A DNA stretch of 63,882 nt. Source: Okamejei kenojei (Eukaryota). The first letter of the stretch is position 1. Every line of letters starts with the position of its first letter. Shown one piece after another: positions 1 to 12,899 of this stretch. The stretch covers positions 310,119 to 374,000 of the forward strand of contig JAVHYY010000154.1 of the NCBI GenBank assembly GCA_035221665.1, written 5' to 3'. The notes under the pieces were generated by a model that was given only the letters and a program-made list of their open reading frames with translations, had not been told where the DNA came from and did no database searches. The translations under genes and the position numbers were made by a program.

Positions 1-24
1 ACTATTTTTTTTCCATTTTTACAG

Positions 25-119
25 ATGTATCAAAAGTGAATTTAATCTCTCTCACGTTGATGGTGTTGAGGATCCTCCTGTTCAATGTCCTGTTGACGGC
101 CTGCGTCTGGATGATTTAA
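25..119 (+). CDS. T-cell receptor alpha/delta constant region, transmembrane/cytoplasmic exon (partial gene; upstream C exons lie outside the window)
   Basis: Polypyrimidine tract and ttttacAG acceptor (23-24) open a phase-1 exon reading (D)VSKVNLISLTLMVLRILLFNVLLTACVWMI*, with TAA at 117-119 followed at once by a G|GTGAGG donor. This fits the TCRa/d TM pattern KVN-x-x-SLT-x-x-x-LR-x4-K-x4-N-x-LLT and the TRAC/TRDC layout in which the stop ends the TM exon and the last exon is untranslated. Five residues including the Lys are missing. The exon is too short for the ORF track. Confidence 0.8.
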
Positions 120-441
120 GGTGAGGCTGGTTCACTCAAATTGGCACATGGAAAGACATCGTGTGGCCGCTGGTCATGTCCGGAATAAACGGTGCAAGCA
201 ATATTTCTCGATTGTCCATGTCGTAACCCCCCGCTGATCGTCCGGCTCCAGCCACATTGTGAAGTTAATGCTGAATTATTTAGGTTTTTGAACGTTTGCG
301 GAAGGATAGTTACTCGTCACCCTCAGTACACATGCTACTGTTATATATTCTGCTGTTATATAATGATTAATTAACATCGTCTGGCCATTTTGCACCTCCA
401 CCACATACAATTTACATATCGTTCTCAAACGTGTCTATATG

Positions 442-1150
442 TAGAACTTATAGAAACATAGAAACATAGAACATAGGTGCAGGAGTAGGCCATTCGGCCC
501 TTCGAGCCTGCACCGGCATTCAATATGATCATGGCTGATCTTCCATCTCAGTATCCTGTACCTGCCTTCTCTCCATACCCCCTGATCCATTTAGCCACAA
601 GGGCCACATCTAACTCCCTCTTAAATATAGCCAATGAATTGGTGACCTTGGAGAAGTTTCCGTCGGTTGTGGAGATTAAACCTTACTTACAAGATGTCGG
701 ACGTGTTTTCTTTCTGCTAGTCACAACAGGGCCTTCTGTGGCAGAGATTCGCCACTCTCTGTGTGAAAAATGATTTTCTCATCTCGGTGCTAAAAGTCTT
801 CCCCCTTATTCTTAAACTGTGACCCCTTGTTCTGGGGTTCCCCAACATCGGGAACAATCTAGCCTGTCCAACCCCTTAAGAATCTTGTAAGTCTCTATAA
901 GACCCCCCCTCAATCTTGTAAATTCCAACGAGTACAAGCCGAGTCTATCCAGTCTTTCTCCATATGGAAGTCCATCCCAGGAATCAGTCTGGTGAACCTT
1001 CTCTGTACTCTCTCTATGGCAAGAATGTCTTTCCTCAGATTAGGAGACCAAAACTGTACGCAATACTCCAGGTGTGGCCTGACCAAGACCTTGTACAACT
1101 GTAGTAGAACCTCCCTGCTCTTGTACTCAAATCATTTTGCTATGAAATAG
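442..1150 (-). mobile_element. CR1-clade LINE 3' fragment ((CTATGTTT)n-tail family)
   Basis: ORF 910-1098 ([18 protein letters not shown]...[14 protein letters not shown]) is the CR1 ORF2 C-terminus; ATAGAAAC microsatellite tail at about 445-470. Confidence 0.85.
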
Positions 1151-1849
1151 CAAATTACTTGCTTTTTAGTTTAGGTAGGATCCACCCAGTTGAACAGTAC
1201 TACTTACATGCATTACACCATAAAACTGAAATCCCTGTGTAAATGTAACCTGTAATAGTAGATTGACAACAAAAAAACACGTTCACTAGTCTTTATTTGG
1301 AAATCGCACATGTTGGATTATATGTGTCTCTACAGCCGTTAAATTGGCACCTTCTCAGTCTAGGTACCATATTAGCAATGGAGTTGGGATATGTATGAAG
1401 GAATGCTCCGAACGTGCTTCCTCACGAAGATCCCTCCATCCGCAGATGCGATTGATATCTAAAAGGATAGTGGGGATAGAGTATGTCATTTAAACAATAA
1501 TTAATAATAATGATAAATTGTTTCATAAATGAGACGTGCAATGTTTGACGTCTGGCAGATTAACGCGAAGGCGCTAAATGGTCCATTGCTTGTTTTAAGA
1601 ATCAGTTTAAATCTAGTTATCCTGTAAGGTCGCATATATAATGCACAAATCTCCCGAATCATTCCCGCAATATCTTCAGACCTTTTTCTAATTCCAGTGC
1701 CAAAAATCTGGTTCAATGCCCTGTAATGGACATGCCAATGCATCGCTGTTCCAGTTTGAGGTTTTATTTACAACAATCAGGACTTTTAATATTCGCTATC
1801 TCAACCTTGCTCGCATGTAAAAGTTTAAGAGCATGCACGTAAAGATTCA

Positions 1850-2620
1850 CTATTTGTAGGAAGGAACTGCAGATCGTGGTTTAAACCGAAAATAGACACA
1901 AAAAGCTGGAGAAACGCAACGGGTCAGACAGCATCTCTAGAGAGAAGGAATGGGTTAGATTTCGGGTCGAGACTCTTCTTCAGACCGAGCCAGGGGAAAA
2001 GGAAACGACAGGTATAGTGAGATATTGAACACACGAACAAAATATATGCAAAAAATGCAACGATTTGCGTTTGGCCTCACTCTGACACTGGAGGAGACCC
2101 AGGGCAGAAAGGCCAGTGTGGTTGTGAGAAGGGGAATGAACATGTTTGACAAGCGGAAGATCAGGTAGGTCCACATGGACTGAGCGAAGGTATTCAGAGA
2201 AACCGTCGGCAAGTCTACGTTTAGTCTCGCCGATGTATAAGAGTTCACACCTTGAACAATGGATATAGAAGACGAGATTGGAGGAGGTTTAAGTTATCCT
2301 CTGCCTAACCTGAAAGGAGTGTCGGGGTCCCTGGACAGAGTGAAGGGAGGAGTTATAGAGATATGCGGTGCGTCACCTGCGTTGCAGATGAAGGTACCTG
2401 GGGAGGGGGTGATTTGGTTGGGTAGTTAACCAGGGAGATGCGGAGTACACGGTCTCTGTGGAAGACGAGAGGTGTAGGTATGGGAAGATGCGACCGGTGG
2501 TGGGATCCCTTTTGAAGGTGGCGATTATGTGTTGTACGGGACGGCTGATGCGGTGAAAGGTAAGGACTACGGGGACCCTGTCCCTGTTGCGACTAGGGGG
2601 AAGAACAGAGCTGCGGGGTG
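1850..2620 (-). mobile_element. Penelope-like element fragment (GIY-YIG region and 3' pLTR-like end)
   Basis: Degenerate LYIGETKR / HSPSHNHTGLSALGLLQCQSEAKRK, homologous to 21467-21775; hammerhead-like motif at about 1960-1985. Confidence 0.7.
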
Positions 2621-2992
2621 CAGAAATTTATGTTGGACCATTAGCGGCTGAAGTCCCTGTTCAGCAAATGTTGACCAAATCTTACACTCCAACTTTCTTA
2701 TGGCTAGATGTCAGTCCAAGGACTTCAGTTTTCACCGTTCGCTATTCCCTTTATTCAAAACAGGCACATTTTCGCCGCTGGGATTCATCCACCGACGGCA
2801 TGCGGAAGAAATGACCCAACTGCACGTCACGAGGCACAGTCTGTTTTATGAGAACGACTCGACATTCACGATACAAACGATTTCCTATCAGTAATCCCTG
2901 TCCCTTCTCGATAAAATGACAACTTTGTACTTAGGAATTCTTCGATCTTTCAGGTAGAACATTTTCTTCTGCTCAATTAGCTACGTTTGTTT

Positions 2993-5900
2993 TAACCATA
3001 TATAACCATATAACAATTACAGCACGGAAATAGGCCTTCTCGGCCCCTCCAGTCCGTGCCGACCATTTGTTTTCCCCTAGTCCCATCTACCTGCACTCAG
3101 ACCATACCCCTCCATTCCCTTCACGTCCATATACCTATCCACTTTACTTTTAAATGTAATTTAATAAAATCGATCCTGCCTCCACCACTTCTGCTGGAAG
3201 CTCATTCCATACAGACACCACCCTCCGAGTAAAGAAGTTCCCCCTCACGTTACCCCTAAACTTCTGTCCCTTAATGCTCATATCATGCCCTCTTGTTTGA
3301 ATCTTCCCTACCCTCAATGGGAAAAGCTTATCCACGTCAACTCTGTCTATCCCTTTCATCATCTTAAAGACCTCAATCAAGTCCCCCCTTAACCTTCTGT
3401 GCTCCAACGAATAAAGACCTAACTTGTTCAACCTTTTTCTGTAACATAGTTGCTGGAACCCAGGCAACATTCTAGTAAATCTCCTCTGTACTCTCTCTAT
3501 TTTGTTGACATCCTTCCTATAATTAGGCGACCAAAATTGTACACCATACTCCAGAATTGGTCTTACCAATGCCTTGTACAATTTTAACATTACTTCCCTA
3601 CTCCTATATTCAATGCTCTGATTTATAGAGGTTAGCACACCAAAGGCTTTCTTTACCACCCTATCTACATGCGATTCCACCTTCAGGGAACTATGCACAG
3701 TTATTCCTAGATCTCTCTGTTCCACAGCATTCCTCAATTCCCTACCATTTACCATGTACGTCCTATTTTGATTTGTCCTGCCAAGATGTAGCACTTCACA
3801 CTTATCAGCATTAATCTCCATCCGCCATCTGTCAGCCCACTTTTCCAAATGGCCCAAATCTCTCTGTAGACTTTGAAAATCTACTTCATTATCCACAACA
3901 CCACCTATCTTAGTATCATCTCCATACTCACTTGTCCAATTTGCCACCCCATCATCCAGATCATTGATGTACATGACAAACACCAGTGGACCCAACACAG
4001 ATCCCTGAGGCACCCCACTGGTCACCGGCTTCCAACCTGACAAACAGCCATCCACCATTACTCTCTGACATCTCCCATTCAGCCACTGTTGAATCCACCT
4101 TGCTACTCCGCCATTAACAGCCAAAGATTGAACCTTCTTAACCAACCTTCCATGGGGAACCTTGTCAAAGGCCTTACTGAAACCCATATAGACAACATCC
4201 ACTGCTTTACCCTCATCAATTTCCCTAGTAACCGCTTCAAAAAATTAAAGAAGGTTTATCAAACATGACCTTCCAGGCACAAATCCATGTTGACTGTTCC
4301 TGATCAGACCCTGTTTATCCAGATGCGTATACATATTATCTCTAAGTATCCTTTCCATTAATTTGCCCACCACTGACGTCAAACTAACAGGTCTATAATT
4401 GCTAGGTTTATTCTTTGAACCCTTTTTAAACAATGGAACTACATGCGCAGTACGCCAATCCTCCGGCACTATTCCCGTTTCTAATGACATTTGAAATATT
4501 TCTGTAATAGCTCCTGCTATTTCTACACTAACTTCCCTCAATATCCTAGGGAATATCCTGTCAGGACCTGGAGACTTATCCACGTTTATATTTTTCAAAA
4601 TGTCAGTACTTCCTCCTCTTTGAATCTCATAGTTTCCATAGCTACTCTACTTTTTTCCCTTACCTCACAGAGTTCAATATCCTTCTCCTTGGTGAATACC
4701 GATGAAATTGTTCAATATCTCCCCCATCTCTTTTGGCTCTGCAGATAGCTGTCCATTCTGGCTCTCTAATGGTCCAATTTTATCCCTCGTTATCCTTTTG
4801 CTATTAATATTGCTGCAGAAACCCTTTAGATTTACTTTCACCTTTCTTGCCAAAGCAACCTCATATCTTCTTTAACCTTCCTAATTTATTTCTTAAGATT
4901 CTTTTTACATTCTTTATACTCCTCTAGCAACTCATTTACTCCATGCTTCCTATAATTATTGTAGATATCTCTCTTTTTTCGAAACAAGTGTCCAATTTCC
5001 CTTGAAAACCATGGCTCATTCCAATTTTTACTATTTCCTTTCAACCGAACAGGGACATTAAGTTTCTGTACTCTTACAATTTCCCCTTTAAATGTCCTCC
5101 ATTTCTCTTCTACATCCTTCCCATAAAACAAAGTGTCCCAATTCACTCCTTTTAAATCCTTACGCATTCCCTCAAAGTTAGCCTTTCTCCAATCAAAAAT
5201 CTCCACCCTAGGTCCAGTTTTGACTCTCACCATAATTATATTGAAACGAATGGTATTGTGATCATTAGTCCCGAAGTGCTCACCAACGCATACCTCCGTC
5301 ACCTGACCTACCTCATTTCCTAACAGGAGGTCCAGCACTGCCCCTTCTCTGGTCGATACCTCTATGTACTGCTGCAAAAAAACTATCCTGCACACATTTT
5401 ACAAACTCCAAACCATCCAGCCCATTTACAGAATGTGTTTCCCAGTCTATTTTTGGAAAATTGAAATCTCCCACAATCACTACCTTGAGCTTACTACTAA
5501 TATCTGCTATCTCCTTGCATATTTGCTCTTCCAATTCTCGCTCCCCATTTGGCGGTCTATAATACACCCCTAAAAGTGTTCCTACACCGTTCGCACTTCT
5601 CAGTCCACCAAAATAGCCGCCCTAGACGAGCCCTCTAATCTATCCTACCAAAGCACTGCTGTAATATCCTCTCTGACAAGCAATGCAACACCTCCACCTC
5701 TGGTCCCACCAATTCTATCACACCTGAAGCAACGAAATCCTGGAATATTTAGTTTCCAATCACAGCCGTCTTGCAACCACGTTTCACTGATTGTCACAAC
5801 ATCATATTTCCAGGTGTCAATCCAGGCTCTAAGTTCATCCACCTTTCTTACAATGCTCCTAGCATTAAAATATACACATTTTAGAAACCCACCATCCCTT

Positions 5901-6010
5901 ATTCTCTGTCTATTATCTTTTTTCTCTTTCTCATCTACATTTTGGGTCCGAGTGCTTCCCTTCATGTCCCCTAACCCCGAGTCCCCCCCCCCCCCCCCAG
6001 CCTTTCTAGT
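2993..6010 (-). mobile_element. CR1 LINE, 5'-truncated ORF2 (APE endonuclease + RT), frameshifted
   Basis: ORFs 5645-6025, 5313-5567, 4886-5395, 4245-4598 and 3150-4202 give NARS, SETW, GDFN, SDH, FSKAFDKV, GVPQGSVLGP and YGDD; (ATAACCAT)n tail at about 2993-3015. Same family as 14551-19347. Confidence 0.95.
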
Positions 6011-6209
6011 TTTGGAGGCAGACAAGTTCTTTTAATGTGTGGGAAAGAACTGCAAACGCTGGTTTAAATCTATGGAGAAAAATAATGGGTGATGTTTCTA
6101 ATGCCCTGTGTCCACCTTCATATTATTTTAATGTTTTCGCAAATAAATAACTGTTCATACCACAAAAATTGTGGCGGGTTCAATGAACTGAATAGGAACA
6201 AGGCATACC

Positions 6210-6580
6210 TTTGAAACATAGAAACATAGAAACATAGAAATTAGGTGCGGGAGCAAGCCATTCGGCAGCCTGTACCGCCAAATATGATCATGGCTGGCCT
6301 TCTTCCAACCCTCTGATCCCTTCAGCCACAAGGACACATGGCCAACGAACTTCAACTACCTTCTGTGGCAGAGAATTCAAATTCGTGTGAAAAAACGATT
6401 TTCTCAGCTCGGTCCTAAAAGACTGCCCCTTGGTGGGAACAATCTTCCTGCATCTAGCCTGTCCAACCCTTAAGAATTTTGTAAGTCTCTATGAGATCAC
6501 CCCTCAATCTTCTAAATTCCAGTGAGTACAAGCCGAGTCCTATCCAATCTTTTCTTCATATGGAAGTCTGCCATCCCATT
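6210..6580 (-). mobile_element. Degenerate CR1 3' fragment
   Basis: ATAGAAAC tail and homology to 442-1150. Confidence 0.7.
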
Positions 6581-7840
6581 GAAGCAACAACAATGCAAAG
6601 GAGGTGGTATGAAAGCGAGTACTTCCACCGGATTAATCTTTCTTCACAGCGCACACGCGAAATATTTTATTTCCAATCAGTTTTTCTGCAATTTCGGTTT
6701 GATATATAATCATAGTTCACCGATTACCGGCGGTTACATCGATTACAGGCGACAAGAGGGTTCTTGGATATCAGACCGCCTGTCTCAATGAACGGTAGAA
6801 CACGAGAGGTTTTTTCAATGTGTACCCGTTGATAAGCCAAGCAATGGCAAAAATGCAAAAATGCTTTGGAGGTGCGGTTGCAGAAAAGGCCTAGTTGAAA
6901 GAAACTGCGGTGTTGTCGCCTTGGCTGGAAATTAGAAGACGTTGAAGGGGTGCAAAGAATATAGACCACATCTTGAAGATAAGTGGGACACTTTTTTAGG
7001 CAGATTATATTGGCTGTGTGAAACACGCTGCCAGGGGTGGCGATAGAGCTAGATGTGGTGGCGTCATTTAAGAGGTTTTTTTTTAGACAAATGGGTATTC
7101 AAGGAATGGAGGGGGATGGATCATGTCCTGGCAGATTAATCTAGTTTGCACCGATAATATGGGCCGAAGGGCCTTTTCCTGTGCTGTACTTTCTATGCCC
7201 TATAATAAGATGTAATGACAATATATTTAGCATCATACATTTATTTTTTTCCAGACTGATTAGACATCAATAAAACAAACACATAAATCGTTATTAATAT
7301 CTGTGATCACTTCTGTGACCAAATGTGTTGCTTCCCGACCGGAGAAAGAAAGCATTACAGTGCATATGCCTATGTTTCCAGTTAGTACTGCTCCCTTTGC
7401 AACCGTCTCCCTCCAATTGTACTTTTTGAACGGCGCCAAATTTCGTAAAATACCACTGGCCGGTGCACCATAAAGGGGTTATTTTACGAAATTAGGATTA
7501 GAATAGTGTAGCAAACCCCCACATCATCTCTGTTTCAATAAGAGTGTTGGGAATTCTCACGTCGGCCCGAGGTCAATATCTAACCAATGTTATTATGTCC
7601 TAATAATCGTGTCAATCCGATTTATTTTCTGACATTGGGAATTTGCTCCGCACAACTTTTGCTTATTTTACACTGGAAGTCTTACAACTATCTGATTCGT
7701 CTAATCGTGAGCGAGCATTTTCATAGTTCACGGAGAGAAAACATTAACATTATGGGCGAGAATATAAATTATCAACATATATACGGTCCCAATGCAACTA
7801 ACAATTCCGCGTCACTATTGGAAAGTGAGGCAGAATGCTC

Positions 7841-8759
7841 CTATGATCGCTCTCTGATACATTTTCTCATCACATTGACAGGGTACTTGACCGCAATCTT
7901 CAACTGCTGTCTAAATTTTGTCTGCGTCCCCGCATAGATACACGAGTTGGTGCAGGAACAGAGCAGATCCAACATGTGTCCGCTTTCCTTGCAGAATAAA
8001 CTTTGGATCATAGGAATTAGTGTTGGTGGCGTAGATCTTGCTTGAAATTTGGACGAAAAGGAAATTTACAATGTAGGTCAGTTTCAACAGGAGAAAGGTA
8101 CCAGAGATCGCCATGAGTAAAATGATAGACCGCCTCCTGCTCTCCATCTCCGGGTCGCTTTGTTTATCGCTCTGGCTTTGGGCGCGGAGCCTCCTGCGGG
8201 CTGCGCTGGCTGCAAGGATATGTTTGATAGTGAAGGCGTTGAGCATGGAGATCAGAACGAACGGGAGACATGGGTTTAAAATGCGGTGCATCCAATCTCA
8301 GAATCTCCATGCAACGGAAGTATAATAGATCTCCCTTATGATGCAGTACCAAGATACGTTATCCATGATGTAGGAGGGGCTCATATTTAAAATACAGAGG
8401 GACGTTTTTCAAAATGCCGAGTAGGCAGACGGCTCCAATGACGACCGGCGCGATTTTCTCTGTACAATATCTTAGCTTCACTTTCTGGCAACAAATGGCG
8501 ATGAACCGATCGAAGGTGAACGCGACCGTGAACCAGACTGAAGCGTCTTTGGAAGCCCAGCTGGGCAGAATAATGAGACTGCACGCCGGGGTGGTGGACA
8601 GGAAACTGGAGTTGAAGTAAATAACCCGATGTCGGCTTAAGATAACGGCAGTGACAATGACCAGGAGATCCGCCGCCGCCATAAACACCAGGTAGCGAGT
8701 GATGCATTTGGAGAGGCCGCATCTTCCTTGCGATAGAATTACAATCGTCAGCAGGTTAG
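7841..8759 (-). pseudogene. GPR139/GPR142-like class A GPCR pseudogene (copy 1, exon 2 only)
   Basis: Acceptor cccacAG|CT at 8760-8761; reads ANLLTIVILSQGRCGLSKC...FDRFIAICC...NSCIY...IRERS* (TAG 7841-7843). Carries +1 indels near 8373 and 7988 and an in-frame TGA (WRF*DW, about 8298-8300). Exon 1 is deleted (junction about 10465). Confidence 0.9.
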
Positions 8760-9469
8760 CTGTGGGAGAGAGCGAGAGACACAGAGACAGAGAGAAAGAT
8801 AGTGGGTGGGGGTGGTGTGAAAGATAGTCAGAGAGAACAGTCATGATTTGCACCTCGTTACATTATCGGCAGACAGGCGTGAAATTAGTTGATCTGATTA
8901 AAACCGCTGGCTAGGAATACAATTAAATAATCTATTCCTAATTCACATCAATAGTTATGGTTTATTTGAGATCCCAGTATCACTTAATACATCAAACGAA
9001 CAAATTATAAGCAGTTAATGCATTAGACATCGAAGCATGCAATTCGAATTACACACAATGAAAGGTTCACCGTTCACCCTGCATGTGTCCTGCGGGGTAA
9101 GAATATTGGATACGTCTGCTGGAGTGATCCCTGTGATTATTCAATGCGTCCACTTTACCCGAAAGCTCATACTCCAACAGCGTTATTGTCAGTAATTTAT
9201 GCGAAGAAGGGAGCGACACAAACCGTAACGGTCGCAGACAGAATACGAGCTCATGACCGCCTAAAACAGAGTTGAGATATTTGACGTATATCAACACATA
9301 TTGGTTATAGGGAGAATGACGCGTTAGAGATGTTTTTTGTTGGTGCGGACGTCCGTACATAAACATGAATTTGTTGAGAATAATAATGCGTACATGGGAG
9401 ATAGCTTTCTGAATGTCAAAATAACAACAACAACAAATTTGTTAGACACCGATAGAAATGAAGAAGAGT

Positions 9470-9950
9470 ACATCCTGGGATGTCAGGACTTTCATATGAG
9501 GAAAGACTGGATAGACTCGGCTTGTACTCGCTAGAATTTAGAAGATTGAGGGGGGATCTTATAGAAACTTACAAAGTTCTTAAGGGGTTGGTCAGGCTAG
9601 ATGCAGGAAGATTGTTCGCGATGTTGGGGAGGTCCAGAACAAGGAGGTCACAGTTTAAGGAGAAGGGGGAATTCCTTTAGGACCGAGATGAGGAAAACAT
9701 TTTTCACACAAAGTGTAGTGAGTCTCTGGAATTCTCTGCCACAGAAGGTAGTTGAGGCCAGTTGATTGGCTATATTTAAGAGGGAGTTAGATGTTGCCCT
9801 TGTGGCTAAAGGGACCAGGGGGTATGGAGAGAAGGCAGGTACAGGATACTGAGTTGGATGATCAGCCATGATCATATTGAATGGCGGTGCAGGCGCGAAG
9901 GGCCGAATGGCCTACTTCTGCACCTATGTTCTATGTTTCTATGTTTCTAT
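9470..9950 (+). mobile_element. CR1 3' fragment inserted in the GPCR copy 1 intron
   Basis: GLSYEERLDRLGLYSLEFRRLRGDLIETYK; (CTATGTTT)n tail; absent from the paralogous intron of copy 4 (about 61480). Confidence 0.9.
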
Positions 9951-11129
9951 CAGTATTATAAGCACTGTCGGAAGTAAGGCGGTATACGCATTTATCGAGA
10001 AGGTAAAACAGATAGGAAAAATAAACAGATATAAAAAATAAATGCAACGCTGTGTCTCCATACGTAGCACTCGTGAGAATTGCGGAATTGGGGCTTTTAG
10101 GGAATACAAAGCAGCTCATTGTGCAACGGCGCCCTCTATGGGATGTGTTACGGGGTGTATCGCAATAAATTGGCCGAACGCCAATGCAGGCAAGTAATCC
10201 ATGCATTTCAGGCTATCAATATTTGATTGCGCTGCAATGATTAGTCGTGGAAAAATATAAAGCAATAGAACTCACAACTCATCTGGTAGACCAACGGGCT
10301 CGCAAAAAAAAAAACATTTTCGAGACTTGATTAAATTGATATTTTCCACAAACATAATAAGCAATCTTGAAATGTTTTGCTTAATTTATTTTGCATAATT
10401 TGTAATGAAACGCCGCTTAAATAACAAAAAAACGCGAAAGACACCCAGATATGAAACCATTAATTTGAGAACAATCAAATGGCGAGTTTTAATCTCTAGT
10501 AGAGGCATCGTTGTCCTTATGTATAGTCCAGATAGCAATCTCCAGAGCAATAACATCATAATGATCGTTAGTCACAGATACTTGAACAAACAAATTATGG
10601 CAGTCATCTGCACACGTTGGTTACATAATTAGAGGTGAAGACATACAGGTTTATGATGGAATAGTGCAAATCTAAGTTAACTGGCAGAAGGTAGCTGCGG
10701 ATATGTCCAATAACTCAGTTAGATAGAGCGAAATAAAGTGCAAAATATGTGAGATTAAATAGAAAGAGAGAGTACGGACACAATAACCGTTAAACAACGT
10801 TGCTCGGTCGTTTTGCCACCACCGATTATCTGGCAAGGCGGAGGTGCTTATCGGACGATCAAGGGGCCTAGATAGATACTGGCATGCCTTCAATTAGTCA
10901 GGGACTGTGAGTATTTGGGAGCCGCATTGTCCAAAGTATTCCACATGCCTAATTGGAGGCAATGGTTAGCGATCTGAGAGTCCCCTATCCTTTTGCAAAT
11001 ATGCCGAATCGACTATTAAGCGACTATTACATCGTATTGGTCTGGGTTGCCAATGTATATGTAATATGGAAAGGTGGCGTGCCTAATATGGTCCTCTGCC
11101 CACAATGTCTATGTCGAACATGATGCCAA

Positions 11130-11700
11130 GAAAAACGAATCCAGATTCAGGGGCAGTTTCTTGCCAGCTGTTATCAGGCAACTGAATCATCCGACCAGTA
11201 GACAATAGAAAATAGACAATAGGTGCAGGAGTAGGCCATTCAGCCCTTCGAGCCAGCACCGCCATACATTGCTGATCAACCCCAATCAGTACTCGTTCCT
11301 GCCTTCTCCCCATATCCCCTGACTTTGTTATCTTTATGTGCCCTATCTAGCTCACACTTGAAAGTATCCAGAGAACCGGCCTCCACCGCCCTCTGAGACA
11401 GACACACAACTTACCGCCCTCTGAGACAGACACTTACCCCTTATTCTTACATTCCACAAGCAGAAAGCAGTCCTGAACTGTGACCTACTTCGTTGGTGAC
11501 TCTCCGATTATCCTTGATCAGATTATGCTGCGTTTTCCTTGCACTCTCTGTTATTTTCCCTTCTCGTGTATCTACACACTGTAAATGGCTCGATTGTAAT
11601 TGTGTATTATCTTTCCGCTGACTGGAATGCACACGACAAAAGCTTTTCACTGCACCTCGGTACACCTGGCAATAAACTGTACTGTAACCTGAAAAATAAT
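11130..11700 (+). mobile_element. Rex1/Babar-type LINE 3' remnant, interrupted by an antisense CR1 tail (about 11198-11445)
   Basis: RFRxSFxPAVIRQLN-like sequence and a GGCAATAAA-type 3' end resembling 32880-33160. Confidence 0.5.
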
Positions 11701-11769
11701 TTGATCCGACTGCACATGATCCATATCGATCCATTCCCGCCATAGCCATGATACTAACTACACGTCTAG

Positions 11770-12590
11770 AATGATCTAGGAATAACTGTGCATAGTTCCC
11801 TGAAGGTGGAATCGCATGTAGATGGAGTGGTAAAGAAAGCCTTTGGTGTGCTGGCCTTTATAAATCAGATCATTGAATATAGGAGTAGGGAAGTAATGTT
11901 AAAATTGTACAAGGCATTGGTAAGACCTGGAGTATGGTGTACAATTTTGGTCGCCTAATTATAGGAAGGATGTCAACAAATAGAGAGAGTACAGAGGAGA
12001 TTTAGTAGAATGTTGCCTGGGTTCCAGCAACTATGTTACAGAGAAAGGTTGAACAAATTAGGTCTTTATTCTTTGGAGCGCAGAAGGTTAAGGGGGGACT
12101 TGATTGAGGTCTTTAAGATGATGAAAGGGATAGACAGAGTTGACGTGGATAAGCTTTTCCCATTGAGGGTAGGGAAGATTCAAACATAGAAACATAGAAA
12201 CATAGAAACATAGAAATTAGGTGCAGGAGTAGGCCATTCAGCCCTTCGAGCCTGCACCGCCATTCAATATGATCATGGCTGATCATCCAAACAAGAGGGC
12301 ATGACATGCGAATTAAGGGACGGAAGTTTAGGGGTAACGTGAGGGGGAACTTCTTTACTCAGAGGGTGGTGGCTGTGTGGAATGAGCTTCCAGCAGAAGT
12401 GGTGGAGGCAGGATCGATTTTAACATTTAAAAGTAAAGTGGATAGGTATATGGACGGGAAGGGAATGGAGGGGTATGGTCTGTGTGCAGGTAGATGGGAC
12501 TAGGAGAAAACAAATGATCGGCACGGACTGGAAGGGCCGAGAGGGCCTGTTTCCGTGCTGTAATTGTTATATGGTTATATATGGTTATGG
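11770..12590 (+). mobile_element. CR1 3' fragment (family of 14551-19347) with a nested antisense CR1 tail at about 12187-12287
   Basis: Near-identical to the reverse complement of 14570-15280; (ATGGTTAT)n tail; the nested insert is flanked by a CAAACA duplication. Confidence 0.9.
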
Positions 12591-12860
12591 AACTTTAGTT
12601 GCCATTTTCGGTATAGTGCTCTGGGATTTCAGGGGCAACAGATATTCCTCGTTTCGATTAGAGTCCGCCAAGCGGGAACCTTCGGCTGCGTGTGACATCT
12701 GCTGTGCTGGAGTGTGAGGTGAGACGGGGGGTGAATTGTGTTTCGCTTAGACCCGTTTCTGGAAACCAAAGATCTTACACAGCTGAGGTTGATACCTAAC
12801 GCGGAGGAGCCGTTTGTTGGAATTGGAGAGTTGCGGTTTGCGGTTGTGTTCGTGTCTTGA

Positions 12861-12899
12861 GCTTTTTGTTGAGCAACAGCTCAATGTTGAATCACTGTG
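12861..12899 (-). other. V(D)J recombination signal sequence, 23-bp spacer
   Basis: Minus strand CACAGTG (12899-12893), 23 nt spacer, ACAAAAAGC (12869-12861), directly after the CALS codons. Confidence 0.95.

Noticed and set aside
1150-1520. Possible untranslated last exon of the TCR C gene
   Set aside because: One is expected from the donor at 121, but no unambiguous acceptor plus poly(A) signal could be assigned.
12720-12800. Possible J segment (IFG) downstream of V1
   Set aside because: No FGxG motif, an in-frame stop, and no 12-RSS or donor.
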